From the human T2T-CHM13v2.0 reference genome, Homo sapiens: 64,000 bases of DNA. The notes below the pieces were generated by a model. It was not told the origin of the DNA. It did not search any database and worked only from the letters and a program-made list of their open reading frames with translations. The DNA is taken from NCBI RefSeq assembly GCF_009914755.1, contig NC_060929.1, one strand, 5' to 3'. The position numbers and the translations under genes were made by a program. Of the stretch, positions 44,239-61,607 are shown piece by piece. Numbering within the stretch: position 1 is the stretch's first letter; each line of letters starts with the position of its first letter.

Positions 44239-44966
44239 GATGCTTCATACTTCTTGTCAGCAAATCAAAATCAAATTTCAAACAAGAGGATGGAGGGCAA
44301 ATATACATCAGCCTCAACAAACTATGTCTTATGGAATATGATTAGCATTGGATATAAAGATTAGGGGCCAAATGGAGGGTAATTCTGAGTAAGAACATGC
44401 TGCGATCTTAGGGGTCTGAATTCTAGCATGGGGTTTTTCTGGCATGTTAGAACCACCGTAAACTAAATCCCAGTTCATGACATTTACTAAGCCAAGCAAG
44501 AGGACAAATATTTTAAAAATATTAAATTTTAAAATGCTATTAGGAAGCCTGCCTTGATTCAGTAAATAGTTTCGATAAGAAAAACTAGTAATTTTTCCCT
44601 GTTACATATATCTTCCATATAATCAGAGAAACCGCTAGTATTTCATCACTATCATGTATTGTTCTCAGTTCAAGAGAGAGGGAAGAAAATAGAAGATACT
44701 TTTAATTTACAGGAGTTTACAAAGTCTATGCCAAAAACTCAATACGTGCCAGTGCACACAAACATGCACGTATACACATGTATACACATTATACACAGGC
44801 ACACATGTATAAGCAAATGAGAACAGAGAAGGTGGAATTAGTCATTATAAACTCCTAGGTAACCTATTTTTCCTTTCTTGATAAGCAAGGAAATAGTTTT
44901 AATTTTCAAGCAGAAGGTAATAAACAAAATTTTCAATGAACCCATGAGTACATTTTTTAATTTAAA

Positions 44967-45695
<729 letters not shown>

Positions 45696-47664
45696 TAGTT
45701 TTGATTTTTTAATTCCACTTTCCTACATCCCACTCCCATTTGTGATGATGAACTGTATTCAGCTAAACCAACGCTAGTCTACACTTCACAGTATAGGTAA
45801 CAGCTGATAATACTACCTGATCCTTGTTCCTTTGCTACTGTGGTAACAATATTGTTCTATGCTTCAATTTAACAACAGGCATTTATGCCTATTTTTTAGT
45901 TTAACAGAAATTATTACACCTTCTAGTTTAACAGAAATTATTATACCATCTCAGAGAATTATCTTGGGCGAGAAGCTTTAAATAGGCTAGCTTTTTGCCG
46001 GACCAACTAATCCTCAGCCACTCACTTTATTTTTTGGCTTCATTCTGGCATAGATACGCCAACTCACCAAAGATGAACGCCTTAACATGAAGGGATAAGT
46101 ACAAAGTGATACACTGAGTGCCTACTAGCGTCACCATATGCTGGGTCCCCTCTTCGATAAAAAGTGTCATATTTCAGGTTGAAAGATTTTCTTTTGTTTA
46201 AAGCAATCAACATCCTTCTTTTTAAGTAGACGTTGTTTGGAATCTTTACTGTTCCATTTAGCCAAACTGTAAAAGGGAAGAGAGCCTAGATGGCTGGAAG
46301 GAAGGAAGCATGTAAAATATTAAAGGCCAGTCCTACTTTGTTAGCGAAGAGACTGAGTAAGACAGCTATTGTAGGACAAAAGAGATTTTCCATATAAACC
46401 AAGTCTATCTCAATTATTGACTACATTGAGGATTAGTTTTTTTAAAAATCCCATAATCCTAAAAATAGTATGTTTACCTGCCCTTGAATTCTGTATATCT
46501 CCTCAAGAACATATGGAATGATAAATATCTGCTCCCTAATTCATTATCTATATCCTGGCCATTTCTTAATCTCCTATCCTTAGCCATGCCACGTAAAATT
46601 ACCATGAAGGAAAAGGCATGAGAAAGTCTAATAAGCAAATGTGAGAAAGTTACCAAGTAATTATTCTTACCACCTTGATTGTCTGGGGTTTCCCTTCATA
46701 GAACAAACACAAGTTAGACTGAATTTCTCTTTTCCCACTTTATGATTTAGAAGTGACACCAGTGGCCATCTCTCCCAAGAAATGCCAGAGGTCTTTGGCC
46801 TAGTGAATGTAGCCAAGTCTTATATTCATTATAAACAAAATAATAAGAATCTTCTTTCTTTTGAGTAGGTAGTTTACAGCTTTGGGAAGTGAAAGACTAA
46901 ATCATTCCCAACTGAGACCTTCATCTTGAAAAAATTAATTCTATCAAGACATTTATTCACAATCTGTCAATTGAACTAGAAAAAACCTAAAGTCCCTTTC
47001 AAGTCTTAAAATTGAATGAATTTATATATACCATTTAAGAAATAGCAGAATCCTTGTGACTTAGAACAAGATATGTTTCTAATACTTTATATACAGTTGC
47101 CTGCTAATTACCAATACCATGGAGGACGGAACACATAGGGTGAATAAATCAAAACAGAAAAATAATCAAAAAGCTTCTGTTGCTGAAGAGTAGTAGTTTT
47201 TTCTGTTATTATAGTTTTTAGCACATATTTATTTTCCCATTTATGGTTTCCTTAGACCAATATTAAAATCAATTTATATTACCTAAGCACATTTCAATAG
47301 ATAACCAGAAATATTCTAAGTGGAATAGATAAAACATTTTTTAATTTAAAGTGAATGGGCAAAATTCAATAGTCTGTATTTCTAAAAGTAAATTCATAAA
47401 ACTGTACATTTAAATTACCTTGGGTGCTTACTAAAAATGCATGGGCAATATCCCAGAATTTTCTTACCACATTCTCTGTGATTAAGGATGGGGAATTTTC
47501 ATTTTAACATGCTACCCAACTGATTTTAAAATGTGCTAAATTTTGGCAACCTACATATTTTCATGATGCAGAATCAACATGATTTCATTCTAAAAACTAC
47601 ATGTGTCATTGTTAATGTAATAGTTAATAAATCTTATAATTATGTTACAAACACGTTTCAACTA

Positions 47665-48250
47665 AATTCATTTCTTAGTTCATTTATTATTTGCACAGTT
47701 ATTTATTGAATGTCTACTGTGTTCTAGACACTGTGTCAAACATTGGAAATAAGACTAAGAAAGGCAATGACTGTATTCTTGAAGCTCACATACTACTAAC
47801 AGATATATTAATCAGATAAATCTGATATCACTATTTGTATAGTTTCTACAAAGACAGGTACATTTTGCTAGAAAGATACAGAACAAATAGTGTGATTTGA
47901 CCTTGTTAGAGGGGTCAGTGTATTCTCTCCTGTATATGTAATGATTGAATTAAAATATGAAGGATACATAATGACTAAATACGCAAAAAGCGCATTAGGG
48001 GATATTAGTTTAGGCAAAAAAAAAGTCATATTGTGCAAAAGCTATGGGAAAATAGAAAGCATGGAACTTTCGTGAATGAGGAATCCTAATGTGGTTTGTA
48101 CAGAAAGCAAGGGAGAGTGTAATAAAATATTAAATTGGAAATTTTATTAAAAACCAGGATATGCTGACCCTTTTTATTCCGTGTTATGGAGTAGAGTTAT
48201 TCTGAATGTTATTGGTAGCTATTAGAATATTAAGCTGGCATGGCATGACC
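47665..48250 (-). mobile_element. L2 fragment
   Basis: tatttattgaatgtctactgtgttctagacactgtgtcaaacattggaaat is an antisense L2 3' end. Confidence 0.65.
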
Positions 48251-48299
48251 AGCCTTTTTTACAACAACAAAATTGTATATGCAGAACAAAAATGTTTAG

Positions 48300-50090
48300 A
48301 TGGGATGTTTCAATTTGCTTTTGCTGAACAACAAATCATCTCAAAACTTAATGGCTTAAAACAACCGTCATTTATTTTGCTGAGTATTCTGTGTGTCAGA
48401 AATTTACGTTGGACTCAGCTGGGTTTGCCCACGTGTGTGCAGTCTGCTTCCAGTCAGCTAGCTGGCTTTACACCTTTAAGCTAGTTGTCTGCTGCCTGAG
48501 CAATAGTGAGAGGTGACAGCGTTGCTGGCAGTCCTCACAGCCCTCGCTCGCTCTCGGCGCCTCCTCTGTCTGGGCTCCCACTTTGGCGGCACCTGAGGAG
48601 CCCTTCAGCCCACCGCTGCACTGTGGGAGCCACTGGCCAAGGCCGGAGCCGGCTCCCTCAGCTTGCACGGAGGTGTGGAGGAAGAGATGTGAGCGGGAAT
48701 CGGGGCTGCGCGCGGCGCTTGCGGGCCAGCTGGAGTTCCGGGTGGGCGTGGGCTCGGCGGACCCCACGCTCGGAGCGGCAGGCCAGCCCCACCGGCCCCG
48801 GGCAGTGAGAGGCTTAGCACCTGGGCCAGCAGCTGCTGTGCTCAATTTCTCACGGGGCCTTAGCTGCCTTCCCGCGGGGCAGGGCTTGGGACCTGCAGCC
48901 CGCCATGCCTGAGCCTCCCCGCCCCACCGTGGGCTCCTATGCAGCCCGAGCCTCCCCGACGAGCGCCGCCCCCTGCTCCACAGCGCCCAGTCCCATCGAC
49001 CACCGAAGGGCTGAGGAGTGCAGGCGCACGGCGCAGGACTGGCAGGCAGCTCCACCTGCAGCCCCGGTGCGGGATCCATTGAGTGAAGCCAGCTGGGCTC
49101 CTGAGTCTGGTGGGGGGGTGGAGAATCTTTATCTCTAGCTCAGGGATTGTAAATACACCAATTCGCACTCTGTATCTAGCTCAAGGTTTGTAAACACACC
49201 AATCAGCACCCTGTGTCTAGCTCAGGGTTTGCGAATGCACCAATCGACACTCTGGATCTAACTACTCTGGTGGGGCCCTGGAGAACCTTTGTGTCTAGCT
49301 CAGGGATTGTAAACACACCAATCAGCACCCTGTCAAAACAGACCACTCGGCTCTACCAATCAGCAGGATGTGGGTGGGGCCAGGCTGCCAGAGCGAGCAG
49401 TGACAACGTGCTGGGGTCCTCTTCCACGCTGTAGAAGCTTTGTTCTTTCGCTGTTTGCAATAAATATTGCAACTGCTTACTCTTTGGGTCCACACTGCCT
49501 TTAAGAGCTGTAACACTCACTGTGAAGGTCTGCAGCTTCGTTCTTGAAGCCCGCGAGACCATGAGCCCACTGGGAGGAACAAACAACTCCAGATGCGCTG
49601 CCTTAAGAGCTGTAACGCTCACCGCAAAGGTCTGCAGCTTCACTCCTGAGCCAGCCAGACCACGAACCCCACCAGAAGGAAGAAACTCCGAACACATCTG
49701 AACATCAGAAGGAACAAACTCTGGACACGCCGCCTTTAAGAACTGTAACACTCACCGCGAGGGTCTGCGGCTTCATTGTTAAAGTCAGTGAGACCAAGAA
49801 CCCACCAATTCCGGACACAATAGGAGTGAGATTGGGCTATGTGTCCTTTATCTTCTAGTACTCTAGGTAAGGCTTCTTCACATTTTGAACAGGGAGCTCA
49901 AAAATGTAAAGAGAAGACAAGCCTTAACAGACAACTATTTTTCAGCCCCTCTTTCCGAGACATTTGGTAACGTTCCAGTAACAAAATGAAATCACATGCC
50001 AGAACCCAGAATTAGAAGAGGACACCACACAAAATTACATGGCAAGGGTATGAATAAGTTAATTATTTGTGGCCATATTTCAACGGCAAC
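48300..50090 (-). mobile_element. MLT1 (G/H-like) LTR split by LTR12
   Basis: aacaaatcatctcaaaacttaatggcttaaaacaac before the LTR12, and gcttcttcaca...aatcacatgccagaacccagaatt...tgtggccat after it. Confidence 0.65.
48507..49819 (+). mobile_element. Solo LTR12 (LTR12C-like, ERV9)
   Basis: Starts tgagaggtgacagcgttgctggcagtcctcacagcc and ends accaattccggacaca. Perfect 4-bp TSD atag (48503-48506 and 49820-49823). CpG-rich U3 and CCAAT repeats. Confidence 0.98.
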
Positions 50091-50099
50091 GTGATATGG

Positions 50100-50850
50100 T
50101 GGGTATGAGTTATGAGGTAATGGCTAAAGTCTAGTTAAGTGACATATTGAGAAATGCCCACTTGTTTTCCTTGTGGATTTGAGAGATATTTAGGAGAAAA
50201 AGTAGGTATAACTTGATAATGGATTGAGTTTAGGGAATGAGAGTAAATGACTAATGAGTATTGAGGAAAAAAGCCTATGCTTATTTTTTGCATAGGGAGA
50301 GACCATTCAATGAGATGGAAAAATTTAGAAGACCGTGTTTATGATTGTAGATACATGTTGAAACAAGTGGGCTTTGAGACTTCCAAGTTGACATAGTAAC
50401 TAGTTAATACGATCTCTGGGTTTGGAGCTCAGTCTTTTGATAAAACTTTTGTAATCCACCAATATATATGTTATAAATAAAGCTGTATATCTGTTTGCGA
50501 TCACCAAGTTGGTAAGATAGATTGATATGAGTCAGTAAGTTTCCATCTTGAGGAAACTTAATTAAAATTAGGTAAATGACTAAAGAGCAATCAGAAGAAA
50601 GGAGAAAATTCAGGCAACTATTGTGTCTTGGGAACCTCCTGAATAGAATATTCTAGTAGGAAAAGTGGTCAATAGGCTAAAAACTGCTGAAGAAATAAAA
50701 TAAGATGAAGAATGTAATTTACCTATTGGAATTAAAACTTGGAATTCCCTGGTGACTTTAGCAAAAGCTTCTTTGGATGAATTTACGGGGGATAAGTTAG
50801 ATTGGGGATGATTAAATAATGAAGGAGAGGTGAAGAAGCAGATACACTAA
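50100..50850 (-). mobile_element. Diverged L2 fragments
   Basis: gtggatttgagagatatttaggaga, ctgctgaagaaataaaataagatgaag and cctggtgactttagcaaaagc. Confidence 0.55.
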
Positions 50851-51389
50851 CTTCCAGGAAAATTCAGTATATATGTGTTTATACACACACACACACAAAA
50901 CACACACGATGTGGGCTCCTGTAGTTTCACAGGATTGTCATAATGAGGGAAAAGTTTGAGGAATATGAGAAGAATGGATTGAGACTAGGTGAGTAAGGAA
51001 CAAACTTGCAATAATAATGTATAAGATTAGTAGAGCATTTAACATTTATAATGAACTTTTCCTAGATATAATTTAATGCCTTTTTCCTCACAAACCTATA
51101 AAAAGTTGGACAGGTAATAAACCACCTTTATTTACAAATAAATAAGCAGACTAATTGCTTTTGCCCAATATGATGAGGCTGATTAATTTCAGAGATGACC
51201 ACAGTCATTATTATTAGTCATTATTCTGGTGAATAATTCATATATTTTTCTATCATACAGTATTTTATCCTATTTAAAGGTGGCAAACACATATAATGAA
51301 TATTGCAGAGAGGTATTTCCATAGTAAACCAGAGGCAAAAAATGTTAGCAGGAGAATGGTTACTTGTCTATTTGGAATGAAAATGAAGT

Positions 51390-51570
51390 AGCAAAGAGCT
51401 ACTTTGGAGTCAGACTACATGCATTCAAATCCTGGCTCTGCTTCCTACCAGCTGTGTGATCTTGGGGAATATACTGTTTCTCTCTGTGCCTCAGTTTCCT
51501 CATGTGTGATATGGGGATTATAGTTGTGTTCTTATGAGAATTAAATAAGTTAGTGTAATAAATTTGTAAG
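51390..51570 (+). mobile_element. MIR
   Basis: ctttggagtcagact...ttcaaatcctggctctgc...ctgtgtgatcttggg...ctctctgtgcctcagtttcctcat. Confidence 0.88.
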
Positions 51571-52475
51571 CATGATAAGCTTTTTTCTCACCTTCATAGG
51601 AAATCTACTCAAAGTACTAGGGAAAAACATAGAAATATCAAATTATTTTAATGTAGAAAAGAAAAATTCATTTATTTTGCCATTCCTGAAGAGTTTTAAA
51701 CAAGTGTAATTTTAAGAAGATTATTAATTTCATGAATAGGTAAATCAGAGAATATAAAATCCCCTCTAAATTGAAAAAGGGGCACTGTATTCAAAGTTCA
51801 TAGACAAATAAAGGAAAGTTGGAAAAATGCTTTAAAGAAATTCATAAAAACAAAAAAAAGATAAAAAGGCTGATATAATTCCCAAGGTGCTATAGAACCT
51901 AACAAACAAAATGTGAAGAGGGAATCATTTGAGGATTTAGTAATAAAGCCCCCTTCCCAAATTGTACATGAGATGAACTAGCTAATAAGATATTTTAAAA
52001 GGTTTAAGACATGAATACTAGAAATAAACAAATGTGGTAAGGTAAAAGAAGTACCTAACTTTTACTTAAATATAGACAAATTTACCTTGGTTTTTTGAGA
52101 TGCCTTCTACCAACCTCAATTATATTGTCCAATACTAAACATATTGTGAAATGCTTGTTTTCAAATTCTAAATCAGTTTGATCTCTAATCTAGCATTAGG
52201 TAAAGCAATTAGAACAATTCAATGCTGTTAAAATAAGTTAGCATAAGAGTTTATTCAGTATACTGGACTTAAATTTTTTTTAATAAAAATGGGTAACTAA
52301 GGAATACAAACATCTTAAAAGAACTTCAAAAAACTATTTTTATATTGCACATAAAGTCTTATGTCCTAGTTAGTATGGTGTTTAAAATTTTATAATTATA
52401 AATGCCTTATCTCTTTGGGATCATGCAGAATTTCTGGAAGGTTGTAAGGATTTGATTATCATTTTTCGATGGGGT

Positions 52476-52782
52476 GTTGGGTGTGGTGGCTCACACCTAT
52501 AATCTTAGCACTTTAGGAGGCTTAGGCAGTAGGATAGCTGGAGGTCAGAAGTTCTAGACCAGGCTAAACAACATAGTGAGACTCCGTTCCTACAAGAAAT
52601 AATAATAATAATAGTAAATGAGCTGGGCATAGTGGCATGCACCTGTAGTCCCAGCTACTAGGGAGGCTGAGGTGGGAGGATCACTTGGCCGTGAGAGTTC
52701 GAAGCTGCAGTGAGTTATGGTTACACCACTGTTCTTCAGCTTGAGTGACAGAGAGACTCTATCTCTGATAAATAAATAAATA
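52476..52782 (+). mobile_element. AluJ
   Basis: Diverged Alu with J diagnostics (caacatagtgagac, ggtgggaggatcacttg, gctgcagtgagttatg) and an (AAAT)n tail. Confidence 0.92.
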
Positions 52783-54785
52783 GTAAAAATAGATGGAGAA
52801 ATTCAAACTCCACCAGATGATGACTGACCTGCTTACATTTACACAGGTACAAAGAAAAGTTGGAATTGTAACAGGACCTTCCGGATGTGAAAGTAAGTCT
52901 TTTCCATTCTTCTCTCACACAATTCTATGACTATATTTTGGTTTGTACATGTATTTTGTTGGTTTTTTTCTTCTTCTGCAGCATGCTAGGTCACCATGTT
53001 ATGGTGGTAGATTGTCCTGGGAGGCAGAGTTGGCTTCTTGATTCCACCTCTGCTGCATGCCAACAAGGTGACATTGGATAGGGGCCTCAGTTCACTGGTC
53101 TATAAAAAAAAAAACAATAAACATTGTATGCTCCAGTATTCACATGTTCCTTGTGTGTTGATAATTTAAGTCAGTAAAATAGCAAAAAAGGAAAAGAAAC
53201 CCCAAACAAAATAAAAAACAAAACACCCTAAAAACAAACCTAAGGAATAATCCTGCTTTAACCAACTCCTTTTGTTCAGACTAAAGTGATGTATAATAGA
53301 TCATGTTAGGTATATTATTTTAAATTATAAAGATAGAAATCCCAAATTCTCTTACAATTAGAGGTAATACTGCTTTTAGTCCAGTGATTACAAAAAAGTG
53401 CATTTGTTCGTAGACAATTTCAAAGGCACAGATAAATATGTATAATCAGTGGCAACTATTATAGAAACCCTGGTTATCAGAACAGGAGCTTGGGCCCCAT
53501 GAGAGGAATGAGAACTCATCCTCTGACCTGTGATTCTGGGGTCAGCCTTTCTCTTTCTCAGAAGTACGCAAGATAGAATGAAGAGGACATCACTAAGACC
53601 TCCCCCATCTCCTGCCCCAGCCATTGATTTCATGAACTAGACAAGGATCAAACTCTTCATATTACCTGCACTGACCTCTAAACTCTAACTAGCCAGGTAC
53701 CTTATGTGTAAGAAGAATCTTGCTCACTAGAATTTGACATGGAGAAAGGAAGTGAAAGAAAGGAAAATGACTATGTTAAGTTATTCATCAAGAAAAGAGG
53801 AGTAGAATTATATTTAGATGCTGTAATTTATAGAGTCTGGAAAGGAGAAATTGTTGCACACATCCTCAAGACAACAAATAAAGCAATAGCAGGAAAAATT
53901 TCCCTTCTCTGCTTGCTTTCCAAGAAAGTTAAACCGATGCCCTGTTTATTAGTCTGCTTACATTCTAAAAGAATTTAATTTTTTTTCTGTTTTCTGTCAT
54001 TTTCCCCCTCCCCAATCTGTTTTTCTCTCCCTCTCCTTCCTCTTTGTATTTTCTTCCACTCCCAAACCATAACTCAGTATTTTTTGAAAATTACTAAGTT
54101 CTTTGAATTTTGCAGAAGAGATATACCATATAAATGGGAACAACAGCAAAAGAAATGTGTTTCTCCTTAGGTGCCCTGATTGTAATGTAACATTAGGCAG
54201 CAGGTTTCTGTAATGAACTACAAAAGTCTGTCTTAAATAACAGTAAGTATTTAATAGAAAGCCACAAGAGCTTGGGAACATTCAAGATTTCAGCTGATTG
54301 TCTGTATTTAATGCATTATACTCATATAGAGAGGAAAAAGAAATGGAAAGGAAAAATACGCAGAAAAACAAGCCTTAATTGTCATGTGTAGTTCATATTT
54401 TCTAGTCTCAAAGTGTACAAAACATTACACATTAGCAGGATTTTTGTTTTGTTTTTTAAAAGTGAGCTAAGTCATCTGAATAAGAGTGGCAATTTAAGAC
54501 ACTGCCAAACTGGAAAGGGCCTAGGATAAAATTCTGAATTTCAATGGATGTATTCCCAAGAGTCATGCAGTCGGTTTGGTAACTGATGAGGTGATGACTA
54601 CAGTCACCTCAATTTGCTCTCTGCAGGAACTATCCGTTAGAGAGAATAACATGTGTTCTGGAGTAAAGTTTTAAATTTTATCCATAAGAGATGAAAATTT
54701 TTTATTTTCTATTAAAATATAGAAGCAATAAGAAGGCTGGTTTATAACAATATTTTCTTCATATTGTTATGAGTGTATCTAGAGC

Positions 54786-54978
54786 AGTGATTATTACCTG
54801 AGCTATTTCTAAGAATGTCTGGAGACATTTTTGATTGTCACAATTGGTGAGGGACACTATTGCATCTAGTAGAGAGGCCAGTAATGGTGCTAAACATACT
54901 AAAATGCAAAGGACAATCTTCCATGGCAAATAATTATTTGACTTCAAATGTTCGTAGTACCAAGACGGAGAATCTCTA
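54786..54978 (+). mobile_element. MER20 (hAT-Charlie)
   Basis: aatgtctggagacatttttgattgtcacaa...gcatctagtagagaggccag...tgctaaacat. Confidence 0.88.
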
Positions 54979-56375
54979 GCTAAAAGACTTTTTACAGACA
55001 ATTCCAGTTAGCTACATGCTTCCTAATTTGTCAGACTTCTTAAGAAGTAAAAGATTACTAAGATGATAGAAGGACACAAATGTGATTATAAAATGTGATC
55101 CTAACATATTTGTCACTATTAAAGCCTGGCAACCCTGAAGAGTGAAGTTTGAGTTGGAGCTCGGCAATGGCAATATGGGAAAATAGTGTGTTATAAAATA
55201 TTGAACTGAACTAGAATTTTGGAGATTAATGAGAATTTAGAAGACATCTCATATAGTCTTCACATTTCACAGATAAGGAAAATTAGAGTTGAAAAATTAA
55301 GTATGTAATATCACAGACTTAAGTAGTAGAGTTAGTGTAAATTGAATGCCTCTTACTTGTCTAGTTCTCTTTTTAGTAGTCCAAGAATTACAATCATATC
55401 TTTTCCTAAAGAAATGCACTAAATGATTCTCAAATTAAAGGACACTAAAATAAGAGAAATACTAAAAAAGAAAAATATAGAACCTTGCCATTCGGACAAA
55501 TTTTAACTATGTGACTTTGGACAAGGTACTTAATGTCTTTAATGCTTAATGTTGTCACTTGAAAATGAGTATAAAATAGCTTGTTGACAGAATAAAAAAA
55601 TGCATTTGTCATATAAGGTCTGGACTATAGGGAACAGAACATAATCCAATTAGGTCTTTTACAGGTCTAGAATACATAACTTCAACATTATCTTCACTGC
55701 ACAACTGTCATTGTGGATCTCAAAAGGCTCATTTATGCAACAATCTACATTTAAATACCAATATTCACATCTGCTTTGTTATGACTCCAGGCATGTTGAT
55801 TAACCTCTGACATAGCAATAAAAAATAATAGCATCCAATACTGACATGAATATTGAATATCATATAGACTAAATTAGAACCATAAACACTACCTACTGGG
55901 ATAATAATCAAAGAGGATTTAGGAATTAGATATAATCTTCAGGAGAGATCAATGTAAATGTAAATGTTGTGGTAATTCTAAAAGCAATATATTACTCTCA
56001 GAATAAAAAATAGACTAAAGTCAGTAGGCAAAGAATTGGTGCCAAAATGTAAACTAAAAATCACCAAAATCCTGTATATATACCTATTGAGTACCTGAAG
56101 AAAGACTAGATTGTGAGTACAGAAGATGTTTATTATCAGACAAAAAATTCTGATTTTATTACTTGTTCTCTTCTAACCATAAAGAAGAGTTTAGTGAGGC
56201 AGAAGAGATGCCATTTCCACTTGCCAGTAAAAGTATAACACAGATCGATTCAGAGTATCTGTATGGCTCAGTTAGTGATCAGAGAAAATGGAAGTTCAGC
56301 AGAGGTAAAACTCATCCATGAGGTGACCAAAAAAGTAATAATGACAAACCATTTACATTGTTTTTGAATAAATAT

Positions 56376-59095
<2,720 letters not shown>

Positions 59096-61249
59096 TCATT
59101 TGTAAACATTTATAAACATTTCACTCTGTGGAATGTGATGAGAAAACAGTAATTTTGTGTTACCAACATCTGCATATTTTCAAATTTATAAAAGAACATA
59201 CATTTTAAAGAAAAATTTTAACAAACATAGATATATTTTGGGGGCACCAGCCTCCCTACATCCTTTTCATGTAGAAAAAGATTTGGAAAGTCTACCAGAT
59301 TATTTTTCAGGCCATGGAACACATTTTTAAATGTACTGTTAACTTCTCCAGTTGTGCCTTAACTGATACATGGTCTAAGGACTGTGAAATCACTTTGCAT
59401 AGGTTAAAACAAAACAACAAAAAATACTTATATATGCTTTAGTTGAATACACTTAAATGTTTGATATCACAAAAGCTGATAGAGAATACCAAAAGAAAAC
59501 AGGAAAGACAAGGATTCCAACAATACTTTTTCTTAAATTTATTTTTGTGCAACTACCACTGCCTAAGTGCTATGGTGGGATGTTTTCTATTCTTCAAGTG
59601 TGAGCATATTAAATATTAATACACAAGAAAGATTGGCTCTTATAACAATAAATATTTCAAGTTTGAAAAGGATAAGAATTGATTTGGAAATATAATTATT
59701 TTGTTTAAATAAAAATGTAAATTTTAGGTAATTCCTAATTTAGGAAGATGAATTTATCTCTACTGCTTAATATTCCAGGCACTGTGATAAGCTAGTTTAT
59801 TTGATGAAAAAGTTTATTAAATCCTCTTTCAGGATAATAGTATTATCATTCCCTGTTTTAGGAATTGAAAATTGAAGCACAGGGAGGGAAAGTAAATTAT
59901 CCAAGATCACACTGGTAATCAGATCCAGATTATATCACCTCAATGGCTCAACCATATTCTCTTTATACATCTTGTGAAGAATCCTCTATGACATTTTCTG
60001 TTGAACCTCTGTCCTTAACATGGAAGTCAGACTAAAAGTGATTTTGCTGTTAGCATTGGATATTTTCAGTCTCTATTCACATGGAAATTACTATTCTAGA
60101 GAAATCATGGTAATTTAGTGATTCCAATGTGAAGTGGAAGAGACAGCCTTTGTTAGACACACAAAAGTTAACCAGGAGGTTATCAGAATGTGAGTTCAAA
60201 AATATGAAATAAAACCACATTTATTATCTTACCTTAGAAAATTGTGATTTCAGAAAATAAAAGATTAATATATTTTCTTATCTTCCCAAGCTATTAAGCC
60301 ACCTTTCAATTTCATTGGTCAATCTTGAAGGGGTTTTGTATTCTCCATCTAAAATGTTAATCTGTGGTGTGTAATTTTTGTCAAAGTAAATGATAAAACT
60401 AAAAGAAAATACAGACTAAGTATTTTTTATTCAATTCAATAAATTCCTGTCTTAGTAAAATTTCAGCATTGCTGTGAGTTTATACACTGCTATGCTCAAG
60501 GCCTGAGAAATAGTTGACAAAAGTTGGGAACTTGTCAGACTCCAAAATTTATGACATTTTAACCTGAGCTCTCCTTTAGTCAAATATTAATAGCCAAAAA
60601 TGATATACTTTTATTTCTAGAGGCTAAGTAACTATCTGGAAAAAATGGGATGGGATACTGTAATTTCTATATAGGAACAGCAGCAATTTCTGCCATTCAT
60701 CAAACCTCTACCCTCATTTTAATAACATTATTCACTGTCTGGGAATTAACTATGCTGTTGGCTCAGGGCTCAACAGATTCTAATTAAAAGGCACATAACA
60801 TTGCTGAAGAAAAGAATAGATGCAAAGTTAGAAATACATCACAACATCCAATTGCTGGAATTTTATTTCTATAATTTCTAGAAAAAATAAAGAATAATAT
60901 TTATGTAAATAATTCTCTGATTTCTCCCTTTCCCTCTGTCTCTTTCTCTCTCTTTACACACACACAGACACACACAGGCACACACAATAATCCTAAAGAA
61001 ACTGCAACAAGTGATTGTAATAGGGTGAATCTCTGACCACAGATGGATGCATCCACCAAATATGCCTTGCCATCAGATTCTCGAATTGGATGTCATGGCC
61101 TCAAGTTTTTTAATCATGTAAATAAGGGGCATTAGGACAACAGTTCATCAAATGCTCCTGCAAATATATCTGGAATAGATATCTATTACAAGGGTTTTTT
61201 TTCCCTTCAAATGTATTTTGATTATGAACAATCCACTTTCTTTTAAAAT

Positions 61250-61461
<212 letters not shown>

Positions 61462-61607
61462 TAGCTAAATTGTTTCTTGCATTCAGAATTACCCTAAATT
61501 AGACTCCAGTAAACTATTCTGAGGTGAAATGAAGGTGATGGCATTTGAACTGAGGATCTAACAAGTGATAATCAAAAATGAAAACTATCCATCTGACAGT
61601 TCTCTTT

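Noticed and set aside
43944-44345. 133-aa ORF
   Set aside because: Mostly inside an LTR47-like LTR, with no recognisable protein similarity.
48468-49079. Longest ORF (203 aa, minus) and overlapping GC-rich ORFs
   Set aside because: Almost entirely within LTR12 U3. Open frames arise from high GC content, and similar peptides appear in LTR12 #1.
54587-54611. Small hairpin tgaggtga...tcacctca
   Set aside because: An 8-bp stem is expected by chance in 64 kb and is too short for a miRNA precursor.
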